DNA of 64,000 nucleotides, from positions 120,034,001 through 120,098,000 of the forward strand of contig NW_024704742.1 of the NCBI RefSeq assembly GCF_018977255.1, in the 5' to 3' direction. The translations under genes and the position numbers were made by a program. The stretch comes from Callorhinchus milii. Lineage: Eukaryota. A model generated the notes under the pieces. That model made no database searches. It was not told where the DNA came from and saw only the letters and a program-made list of their open reading frames with translations. Shown piece after piece: positions 48,616-59,331 of the stretch (position 1 is its first letter; every line of letters starts with the position of its first letter).

Positions 48616-51600
48616 ACAACAACAACAACAAGATTCCATTTATTGAGCGCCTTTCACGTCGGGAGGACGTCCCAAGGCGCTGTACAGTTGGGTCAGGACC
48701 CGAGCAGGGGGGAAATGGTCAGGGTGAGGGGAGGGAAGGGAGGGAGTGAGGAGGGGGTAGAGAGTCGAGAGGGGAGCTGAAGGCACGGTCAAAGAGAAAG
48801 GTCTTGAGACCGGCCTTGAAGGAGGAAAGGGAGGAGGCGGCGAAGGCACTGGGGGATGGAGTTCCAGAGCCTAGGGGCTGAGAGGCTGAAGGCCCGGCCA
48901 CCGATGGTAGGGCGGTTGGGGCGGGGGATGTGGAGCAGACCGGAGCCAGAGGAACGGAGGGTACGGGCGGGTAGGTAGGGGGATAGTAGGTTGGAGAGGT
49001 AGGAGGGAGCGAGGCCGTGAATGGCCTTGTAGGTGAGGATGAGGATCTTGAATTCGATCCTCTGGGGGATGGGGAGCCAGTGGAGGCGAGCGAGGGTGGG
49101 AGTGATGTGGTCCCGAAGCCTGGTGCGGGACAGTACACGAGCTGCAGAGTTCTGAATGACCTGCAGCTTGTGGAGGGAGGTGGCGGGAAGGCCGGCGAGG
49201 AGAGAGTTCCCATAGTCCAGCCTTGAGGTGACAAAGGCGTGGACCAGGGTTTCAGCAGCGTGAGGGGTGAGGTAGTGCCGTAGTCTGGCGACATTCCGGA
49301 GGTGATGGAAGGTGGTGCCAGTTGTGGCGCGGATATGGGGGAGAAAGGACAGCTCAGGGTCGAACAGAACTCCGAGGTTCCTGACTGTCTTTGAGAGGTG
49401 GAGAGTGCAGCCTTGGATGCTGATGGTGTCAGCGCCTGAGGTGCGGAGGCGCTGACGTGAGCCAATCAGGAGGGCCTCAGTTTTACGCACGTTGAGCTGA
49501 AGAAAGTTATCTCTCGTCCAGAACTCGATGTCGGACAGGCAGCTGTCAGGACATCAGTGGTCGTGGAGTTGAGGGTAGAGGAGGAAAGGTAGAGTTGGGT
49601 GTCATCCGCATACATGTGGAAGTTAACTCCATGTCTGCGGACGATGTCACCAAGGGGGAGCATATAGAGGGTGAAGAGGAGGGGACCGAGGACAGAGCCT
49701 TGAGGGACACCGCACGAGACAGTGCGGGGGCTGGAGGAAAAACCATTTGAGGAGACAAAATGAAGACGGTGGGAGAGGTACGACCTAAACCACTCAAGGA
49801 CAGGGCCTTGAAGGTTTAGGTGGGAGGACAAGCGGTGGAGGAGGATAGCGTGGTCGACCATATCGAATGCTGCCGATAGGTCGAGGAGGACGAGGAGGCA
49901 GAGGGAGCCCTGGTCACAGATGGTCAGGATGTCATTGGTGACCTTGACCAGGGCAGTTTCTGTGCTATGGGCAGCACGGAAACTCGATTGGAGGGGTTCG
50001 AATAGTGAATGGTTGGAGAGGAAAGAGCGCAGCTGGGAGGCAACAACTCATTCCAGGACCTTGGATAGGAAGGGGAGGTTGGAGATGGGCCGGTAGCTTG
50101 ATAGCTGCGACGCATCAAGGGAGGGTTTTTTAAGGTGGGAGTGATGGTGGCAGTTTTTAAGTGAATGGGAATAGAGCCAGAGGAGAGGGACAGGTTGATG
50201 ATGTCTGTGATATGTGGGGCAAGGAGGTGGAGCTGGGAGATAAGGAGTGGAGTGGGGATGGGGTCAAGGGAGCAGGTGGTAGGTTTCAGGGAGAGGATGA
50301 GTTTGGTGACAGAGGATGGGGAAACGGGTACGAAGGTGTGTAGGGGAGGATGGGTAGGAGTCGGAGTGTGGGAGGGAAGGGGTAGGTGGTGGGTGGATGT
50401 TGGAGGGGAAGTGACCGCGGAGCGGATTCCCTTGATCTTGGATTCAAGGAAATCCAGCATCTCCTCGCAGTGAAGGTTGGAGGAGATGACCTGCGCGGGG
50501 TGGCGGGGGGTACGGAGGAGTTGGGATGTGGTAGAGAACAGTAGCCTGGGGTTGTCCTTCGCCTCCAGGATTATCCTGGAGTAGAAGGACGATTTGGCCG
50601 AGGCTAGAGTGGAGCGGTAGATTTTGAGGAGGTCCAGCCAGATTTGTCGGTGGACCGTTAGGCCAGATTTGACCCAGGTGCGTTCAGCGGCCCGCACCTG
50701 GCTCTTCAGTGAGCGGAGGTGGGTGGTGAACCAGGGGGAGGAGCGAGAGTAGGAGACAGTACGGGAGGTGATAGGGGCAAGAGTGTCAAGTGTGGAGGAG
50801 AGGGTGTTGTGGAGGAGGGTGAGAGCAGAAGAGGGGTCGGTGAGGGTTGAAGGCCAGAGGGAGAGGAGTTCAGAGGACTCCAAGGCAGTGGTTAGGGATT
50901 GAGGGGGTAACTTCTTCCAAGGGCGGTAGAAGATGGTGGTGGGTCTGGTGGAGGTGGGGTGGTGGGTGGAGGTGGTGAAGGAGATGAAGTGGTGGTCGGA
51001 GATGGCCTTATCGGTGATGGTGACATCCGAGACACTGAGGCCCCGGGTGATCACCAAGTCGAGTGGGTGGCCGTGACTGTGAGTGGGGGAGTTGATGTGA
51101 AGGGAGAGATTGAGCGAGGAGAGCAGGGAAGAGAAATCTGAGGAGATGGAGCAGGAGTGGGTGAAGTGTAGGTTAAACTCGCCCAGAATGATGAGGCGAT
51201 CAGGGCAGAGGCAGAGAGATGTGAGAAGTGTTGAGATATCAGAGATAAAGGTGGGAGAGGCTTTAGGGGGCCGGTAGAGGAGGAGGATTTTAAGTGAGAG
51301 GAAGGAAGGGTGGGAGAGGGTGAGGTGCTCAAAAGAGGGGAAAGAGCCAGAGGAGTAGGGGTATAGGGCAAGTGGTGTCCTTGAGATAAGGGCAACACCA
51401 CCGCCACGGCGGTTGGGGCGGGGGATGTGGTGGGAGGTGTAGCCGGGTGGCGTGGCCTCTGTGAGGGAGAAGGTGTCGCCTGGGGTGAGCCAGGTTTCCG
51501 TTAAGGCCATGATATCAACGTTCTCATCAAGGATGAGATCGTTGATGACCAGGGCCTTGTTACAGAGGAAGCGGACATTTTGTAGTCCGATGTGGATGGA

Positions 51601-52024
51601 GCGGTTGACAGAAGGGTGTGTGGGGAGGGAGGGGGGTCCAGGTTGTGAGGCAGGGGTGGGGGAAATGGGGGTAAGGGAGGAGAGGTTGGCTTCCCGGGTC
51701 TGTGTCCGGGGTGGCTGGCGAGTGTGGTGGGGAATGGGGCAGTCGGTTTGGCTGCTGCTGGACAGCCAACGCCGAGTGCCACGGTGAGCCCGGCGGAGGA
51801 TTCCCAGGCTGGAACAGAGGGAGGTTGTGGGAGGGTCAAGTGGGGATAGAAGGCGAGAGGGACGGAGAGAGAGGAGGAGAGAGCGGGAGAGATGCAGAAG
51901 GGGGAGGGTTTGGGGGTAGGGAGGAGGAAGGGAGGGGGTGAGGGGGCTCGGGTCATAGCGGCAGCCATATTGCGCACGCGGGGACCGGGAGCGAGCGGTC
52001 AGGTGGACGGACACATTATCCCAT
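48616..52024 (-). mobile_element. L2 family A, near full length (ORF broken by frameshifts)
   Basis: 710-aa ORF 49924-52056 (endonuclease + tether), RT 49466-49861 and 48789-49490, tail at 48616. Confidence 0.95.
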
Positions 52025-52273
52025 GCCCTACCCTGGGATCCATTGCTACAGCCCAAAGGTTAGTGGATACCGTTGGTGTAGGTGGCTGCTCCTGAGATGC
52101 GGGGAGGATTATTTAGGTCCATGTGGACAGACACGTTGAAATGGACTCCCAATGTGGCTGGCTGGACTGGGAGTAGTTTAATTGCGAGTGGTCCTACTGG
52201 TGGGATTGGGACTGGTTTTACTGATGGGAGTGGGGATGGGGGTTGTGTTTGTGGTGTTGGGATATATCAATCC

Positions 52274-52932
52274 TGAGGATCCGAAATAAAGACTCAACAA
52301 TCCTTAATAATGGTATAATGGTTTATTATTCACAAACAGTTTATAAGTATAGAGCAAAAGAGGTAAATAGTCATATTACCAGTTCTATGTAGGCTGTAGG
52401 CTGATTGCAGTCTTTTGTGTCGGCTTCTCAGGCTCAAGCTTTTGCAATACTCACGTTCTCTCTTTCTCTCTCTCTCTGCTTCCACACCTCTCTGTTCGGT
52501 GGCACCCCAATTATACTAAATTCCCCTCTAACCTTTACTCCGGCCAAATAAGATTATGGTCTCCAGAATTTTATTCTTTCTTTGTCCTGTCTAACCTGAT
52601 CAACGAGGTTTTCTTCTTTTGGCCATCTGGAATTGAGACAGGCTTAACCGTATCTCAGTTCTCTGAGCGCTCTGAGATCCCGTCTGGCGTGGAGGGCGCT
52701 ATATAAATCCAAGTTGTTGTTGTTTATGTTACTGTCCTTGAGAGTGTAACTAGTTTACAAGAAAAGCTTTCAGACACACATTCCATTGTCCAGGTGCCAG
52801 GCTCATGGCCTTCCCCGTATCTCCAGGTGGTCCTTACCTCATCCTCCAGGACTAAAGGTCGTGCCTGCTTCTCCCAGCGCCTGGAACCAACAGACTCAGC
52901 GTTCTCTTAACGTTTTAAACTAATGTTTTATC
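52274..52932. mobile_element. LTR-like non-coding insertion carrying a plus-strand L2-B 3' stub
   Basis: TG...CA ends and AATAAA on minus at ~52323. No clear TSD. Confidence 0.35.
52660..52724 (+). mobile_element. L2 family B 3' stub
   Basis: gagcgctctgagatcccgtctggcgtggagggcgctatataaatccaag(ttg)n is the reverse-complement homolog of 2333-2400. Confidence 0.8.
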
Positions 52933-53640
52933 ATTGCTATAATGTGTTATAATTTCTACGTATTTCAGTCAATCTAACATTGGGGATGTTGTTACTGAGG
53001 GTTTTATTTTCTCCAATGAGTTCCCCAATGTGCTGCCTTGTTTGATCTGCCGTTGTTATTTTACATTTCTGTTTTAGATTTTTCCAGCCCAGGAAATAGC
53101 GTTGTAAAAACCTCCTCCCTGCATTCGATTGACCTGAACTCCTCGTTGAGTTCAATTAAGTTGTTTTTATAATGTTCAATCAGAATGTTACGGGTCTCTT
53201 TTGCCCAAATCTCTGCATTTTTGGACAATTTGCAGATTTGCCTCTGATGGTTTTGCCGGTTTAACGAATTCTGTCAATTTGTCTGCCTGCTTTTTAATAG
53301 CTCTGGGGCTCAGTGTTGCTCCTTAGAAATATTAAGTGGTGGTCGGTTTGGATGAACCTAAAATATACTCTGACTGTGCTGGTAAATTCGTCCCTGTCTG
53401 TGGTTGTCTTGTTACCCACCATCCTCCCTCAGGTACGTTCGGTTGCATTTCTGCAGCCTGCATGAAATCCGTACCATGTTGGTTAGACAGTGGGGTGTGG
53501 AAATGTATAGTAGGAAAGAGAGGTGTGCTTATCCCTGGGTAATTAGGCTCCTGGTCTTGGTTGGTTTTACGCTTTGGGGTCCAGGAATCCCAGCTAAACA
53601 CCCTGTCGCTCTGTGACTTGATGCTTCTCTACCTCTTTGT
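52933..53640 (-). pseudogene. Decayed helical ORF, possibly the upstream ORF of an SGNH-bearing PLE
   Basis: Minus frames read EFVKPAKPSEANLQIVQ / NAEIWAKETRNILIEHY. The family assignment is from recollection only. Confidence 0.3.
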
Positions 53641-53963
53641 GGAGTCCTGTAGCTCAGTAGTTAGAGCACTCGCTTTGCAAGTGAGAGACCTGAGTTCAAT
53701 TCCAGGTCAGGGCGAAACCTTGGGCAAGTTTCCTTACTCCACACGCCTAATAATAATCCCTCCAAAACCAAAAAACAATAATAAAATTGGTCATTTTCAA
53801 TCTACAACTGTTTGTGGGACATTGCTGTGCGCAATTGGCTGCCGCGTTCGCCCACAAATATACAGTCAATTCACTTTACAGTGTGTTCTGTGAAGCGCTT
53901 TGGGACGTCCTCCCGACGTGAAAAGCGCTGTATCAAATGCAAGGATTATTATTATTATTATTA
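53641..53963 (+). mobile_element. tRNA(Ala)-derived Deu-domain SINE with L2-type 3' tail
   Basis: A box tagctcagtag, anticodon-like TGC loop, B box gagttcaattcc, Deu-like core tgtttgtggga..gctgtgcgcaattggctgccgcg, L2 stem-loop, (ATT)n tail. Confidence 0.9.
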
Positions 53964-53964
53964 A

Positions 53965-55255
53965 GAGGCCCTCTCACAGAGAAGGGAGAGAGAGAAGGAA
54001 AGAGAAAGGAAGGGACTGCTGGATAGCTCCGGTCTGATTGGTCCTCAGGGAGGGAGAGGTTTTTAGGTACAAGTTGAGAGGGCGAAGGAAGACAAAAAGG
54101 AGAGAATGTGTTAGTTGATGGGTTAAAGAAGTGATAGTGGCATAAGACAAAAAGGGGGAAGGTTGAAACAAAACTGGAGAAGAGGTGTTAATAGTACAGA
54201 ACCAGGTAATACACCAGAGAGAGACAAAGAATGTCTGGGGTGATGATTGTGATGATAACCGAAGATAACTCTTCTGATAACAGAAAGAAGGGGGAAGGTG
54301 AGCTGCTATGGTCTGAAGTGGCTGAAATCAATATTGAGGTCACAGGGCTGTAGGGTCCCTAGCAGATAGATAGATGCTGTTCCTCAAGTTTTCGCTGTGG
54401 AGACTGGAAGATCAGGGTTGATCTTGCGTACAGAACAGAGGTGTTCTACAAATCGGTCACCCAATCTGCACTTAGTCTCCCCAATATAGACGAGACTACA
54501 CCGTGAGCAGCGGATACAGTATGCTACATTGTAAACCGCTGTCTTACATGGAAGCTGTGTTTGGGGCCTTGGATAGTGGTCTGGGAGGAGGTGAAAGGGC
54601 AGGTATTACATCTCCTGTGCTGGCATGGGAAGGTGCCAGGGAAAGGAGAGCAGCTGGTAGTGCTGATGGCGGAATGAACGAAGGAATCTCGGAGGGAACG
54701 ATCCTTTCGGAAAGAAATATGTGTTTGGTGGATGAGTCATGCTGGAGTTGCCGGAAATGTCGGAGAATGGTGTGCTGAATCTTGAGGCTGGTGGAGTGGT
54801 AGGTGAGGACGAAGGGGATCCTATTATGGTTCTGGGATTGGGGGAAGAGGTGAGGGCAGATATGCGGCATATAGGGCAGACATGGTCAAGGGCCTTGACT
54901 ATTACTGTCGATGGGAATCCTTGGTCAAGGAAAAATTAGGACATCTCGGTTGCTCTGGCGTGGAAGGTTGCATTGTCAGGGCGGAGGCAGAGAAACTGGG
55001 AAAACGGGATGACGTCTTTGCAGGAGGCTGGGTGGGATGAGATGTAATCAAGGTAGCTGTGAGTGTTGGTGGGCTTATAGAAAATGTCTGTGGATAGTCT
55101 GTACCTGACGAGGAGATAGTGAAGTCGAGCAAGGGAAGGGAAGAGTCGGAGGTGGTCCGTGTGAATTTTATGGAGGGGTGGAAGCAAAATTTATAAATGC
55201 TTCTAACTCACTGCGAGAGCAGAAAGCGGCCCCGACACAGTCATCGATGTACCAT
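53965..55255 (-). mobile_element. Second Penelope-like family: RT C-terminus + GIY-YIG endonuclease remnant
   Basis: WYIDDC at ~55240, LSTDIFYKPTNTHSYLDY..SHP..CK, IPFVLTYH, LYIGETKCRLGDRFVEH at ~54440-54490. Confidence 0.88.
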
Positions 55256-55599
55256 TTTTTAGGTTTGGCAAAGGCTGTTGATTACGTTCCCGATTTAGCC
55301 TTGATGAGGAGTTCCTGGCTGCTCACACTGCCCGGCTTTCTTCTTGGTTTAATTTTTTGGGTGACCTTAGGTTAATTTTGGGAGGACCTAAGCCTGTTTT
55401 GGAAGGATCTAAACCTGTTTTTTTGTTGGTATCTGTGTTTTTTTGGATTTTTATTTGTTTTTGCCTTTCCGAAGTGGGAATATAGGCTGAGGTATGCATT
55501 CAATCCTTGCTGTCTGTCAATTTGTGGCCCCATTTTATCTGGCAACACATACCCATTTCCCTCAAAATGGACCAGCGAGTGTCCCTGAGGACCTTTTGT

Positions 55600-55715
55600 A
55601 TCACATTAGAATACATTAGAATATACAGCGCAGAAACGGGTCATTTGGCCCAACTGGTCGATGCCGGTGTTTATGCTCCACATGAGCCTCCTCCTGCCCT
55701 TCCTCAACTAAGCCT
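55600..55715 (-). mobile_element. CR1 3' UTR/tail fragment
   Basis: (acattagaat)2 repeat followed by acagcgcagaaacgggtcatttggcccaac, similar to the CR1 tail at 5100-5160. Confidence 0.6.
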
Positions 55716-55719
55716 TCTA

Positions 55720-56945
55720 GAGTACACGAGCTGTAGAGCTTTGGATGATCTGCAGCTTGTGAAGGGAAGAGTTGGGAAGGCCGATGAGGAGGTAGTTTCC
55801 TTAATTGAGCCTTGATGTGACGAATACGTGTGTAAGGGTTTCAGCAGCCTGAGGGGTGAGGCAGTGGCGGAGTCTGGCAATGTTGCGGAGGTGGTGTAAG
55901 GCAGTGCCGGTCATGGCGCGGATGTGGGGGAGAAATGACAGTTCAGGGTCAAACAAGACACCCAGGTTCCTGACTGGCTTAGTGAGGTTGAGTGTGCAGC
56001 CGTGAATGCTGCTTTTGGCAGAGTTGGGTGTCATCTGCATACATGTAGAAATTTACCTCATCTCTGCGGGAGGCATCACCAATGGGGGGGCATGTAGAGG
56101 ACGAAGAGGACAGAGCCCTGAGGAACACCGCACGAGATGGTGCCGGGGCTGGAGGAGAAGCCATTTGCTGCGACTAAGTGGAGGCAGTGTAAAGGGTAGG
56201 ACCTGAACCAGTCAAGGACAGAACCTTGAAGGTTGAGTGGGAGCAGAGGCACTGGAGGACGATTCAATGGTCCACAGTGTCAAAGGCAGTGGAGAGGACG
56301 AGGAGGCAAAGGGAGCCCTGGTCGCATATGGTCAGGATGTCATTTGTGACCTTGACCGGAGCAGTTTCCGTGCTGTGGGCAACACAGAAAGCTGATTGGA
56401 GGGGCTCATAAGAGGGAGTGGGAGGAGAGGAAAGAGCGAAGCTGGGAGGCAATGGCTCTCTCAAGGACCTTGGACAAAAAAAGGAAGTTTGAGATGGGCC
56501 AGTAGCTGGATAGCTGTGATGAGTCAAGGGAAGGTTTCTTCAAGGATAGTGACTGTTTTGAGTGGGGTAGGAACAGTGCCAGATTACAGGGAGAGGTTGA
56601 TGCTGACTGAGTAGTGGGGCAAGGAGGTGGAGCTGGGATTTAAGGAAAGGATTGGGGATGGGGGTCCAGGGAGCAGGTAGTCAGCTTCATGGAGGATATG
56701 GTGGTGATGACAGAGGAGGGGTTGACAGGTTCAAAGGTGTGGAAGGAGGGATGGTTAGTTGTCGGAGTGTGGGCGGGCGGGGTGATAGGGAGGGGTTGAG
56801 GACTCCAGGGCAGCAGAGAGGGATTGCAGTGAGATCTTCTTCCGCAGGCGGTAGAAGATGGTGGTAGATTTGGAGGCAGTGGGGAGAGGGAGATAGGAGT
56901 TGAGGGAGATGAAATGGTGGTCAGAGATGGCCTTGTCGGTAATGG
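55720..56945 (-). mobile_element. Older, diverged L2 copy with several internal deletions
   Basis: [40 protein letters not shown]. Confidence 0.85.
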
Positions 56946-59331
56946 TTTTTCAGCAGCGTTAGGGGTGAGATAGTGCCGTAGTCTGGCAATGTTCCGGAGG
57001 TGGTGGAAGGCGGTGCCAGTTGTGGCGCGGATGTGGGGAAGAAAGGACAGCTCAGGGTCGAACAGAACACCGAGGTTCCTGACTGGCTTTGAGAGGTGGA
57101 GAGTGCAGCCTTGGATGCTGATGCTGTCAGCGCCTGAGGTGCGGAGGCGCTGACGTGAGCCAATCAGGAGAGCCTCAGTTTTGCCCACGTTGAGCTGAAG
57201 AAAGTTGTCTCTCGTCCAGGACTCGATGTCGGACAGGCAGGCTGTCAGGACATCGGTGGTCGTGGAGTTGAGAGTAGAGGAGGAAAGGTAGAGTTGGGTG
57301 TCATCCGCATACATGTGGAAGTTAACTCCGTGTCTGCGGATGATGTCACCAAGGGGGAGCATGTTGAGGGTGAAGAGGAGGGGACAGAGCCCTGAGGGAC
57401 GCCGCACGAGACAGTGTGGGGGCTGGAGGAAAAGCCGTTAGTGGAGACAAAATGAAGATGGTGGGAGAGGTAGGACCTGTTGGATATCAAGAAAGGTCAC
57501 CCAGCATTCCGATTAGGCAAAATCTGTTAAGCCAAACTTTACTAGTTCCATAAAGTTACACCATGGAGGGATTACAATAAAGCAATACTACCGCGGGTCC
57601 GGACGTTCAGCAGCCGAGGTTCCAATCTGTCTTGTCTGGGTATTCAAGCTTTTTGATCTTCCATCAAGTCTTCCCTCGTGCTCCTCCGATCTTTTCTTTC
57701 TGTTTTTCCTTCTTTGTACTCTCATCCCACTCCCTCTATACCTTCGTCCAATCTCTTATCAGTCGTTTACAACCCGTTATTAACGTATCCAATCATGTTT
57801 CCTTCAACCCTCTTTCCTTGTACTGACTCCATATGTTCCATGACCTCTCACCCCTTTTGACGCATTGTTAGTATGTTAATTCTGTACCCTTATGCTAACA
57901 CATCTAAACCACTCAAGGACAGGGCCTTGAAGGTTGAGGTGGGAGGACAAGCGGTGGAGGAGGATAGAGTGGTCGACCGTATCGAATGCGGCCGATAAGT
58001 CGAGGTGGACAAGGGGGCAGAGGGAGCCCTGGTCGCAGATGGTCAAGATGTCATTAGTGACCTTGACCAGGGCAGTTTCTGTGCTATGGGCAGCACGGAA
58101 ACCCGACTGGAGGGGTTAAAAAAGTGAATGGGTGGAGAGGAAAGAGCGCAGCTGGGAGGCGACGACTCTTTCGAGAACCTTGGACAGGAAGGGGAGGTTG
58201 GAGATGGTCCGGTAGCTTGATAGCTGCGACGCATCAAGGGAGAGTTTTTTCAGTGTGGGAGTGATGGTGGCAGTTTTGAGGGGAATGGGAACAGAGCCAG
58301 ATCTGTGCTGGGGGCAAGGAGGAGTCGGGATGTGGTGGAGAACAGAAGCCTGGGGTTGTTCTTCGCCTCTAGGATTATCCTGGAGTAGAAGGACGACTTG
58401 GCCGAGGCTAGAGTGGAGCGGTAGGTTTTGAGGAGGTCGAGCCAGATTTCCCGGTGGACCGTGAGGCCAGATTTGAGGCAGGTGAGTTCAGCGGCCCGCA
58501 CCTGGCTCTTCCGTGAGCGGAGGTTGGTGGTGAACCAGGGGGAGGAGCGAGTGTAAGAGACAGTACGGGAGATGATGAGGGCAAGAGAGTCAAGTGTGGA
58601 AGAGAGGGTGTTGTGGAGGAGGGTGAGAGCAGAAGAGGAGTCAGTGAGGGATGAAGGCCAAAGGGAGAGGAGTTCAGAGGACTCCAAGGCAGCAGTTAGA
58701 GATTGTGGGGGTAACTTCTTCCAGGGGCGGTAGAAGATGGTGGTGAGTCTGGTGGAGGTAGGGAGTGGGGTGGAGGTGGTGAAGGTGATGAAGTGGTGAT
58801 TGGAGATGGCCTTATCGGTAATGGTGACATCTGAGACACTGAGGCCCCGGGTGATCACCAAATCAAGTGGGTGGCCGTGAACGTGAGTGGTGGAGTTGAT
58901 GTGGAGGGAGAGGTTGAGCGAGGAGAGGAGGGAGGAGAAGTCCGAGGAGGTGGAGCAGGAGGGAGTGAAGTGCAGGTTGAAGTCGCCCAGGATGATGAGG
59001 TGATCAGAGCAAAGGCAGAGAGTTGTTAGTAGGGTAGAAATGTCGGAGATGAAGGTGGGAGAGGTTTTAGGGGGCCAGTAGAGGAGGAGGTTTTTGAGTG
59101 AGAGATGGGAGGGGTGGGAGAGGGTGAGGTGCTCAAAAGAGGGGAAAGAGCCAGAGGAGTAGGGGGATAGGACAAGTGGTGTCCTTGAGATAAGGGCTAC
59201 ACCACCGCCACGGCGGTTGGGGCGAGGGTTATGGTGGGAGGTGTAGCCGGGTGGTGTGGCCTCCGTGAGGGGGAAAGTGTCGCATGGGGTGAGCCAGGTT
59301 TCTGTTAAGGCCATGATGTCAACACTCTCAT
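56946..59331 (-). mobile_element. L2 family A, truncated at both ends and interrupted by an LTR-like insert
   Basis: Endonuclease ORF 58250-59314, RT 56946-57407, internal deletion at ~58300. Confidence 0.9.
57478..57900. mobile_element. Solo-LTR-like insertion
   Basis: TGTT...AACA ends and L2 collinear on both sides. TSD is imperfect (gacc/catc). Confidence 0.6.

Noticed and set aside
53641..53715. tRNA-Ala gene
   Set aside because: The acceptor stem is not closed and the sequence continues into a Deu-like core and LINE tail, so it is a SINE head.
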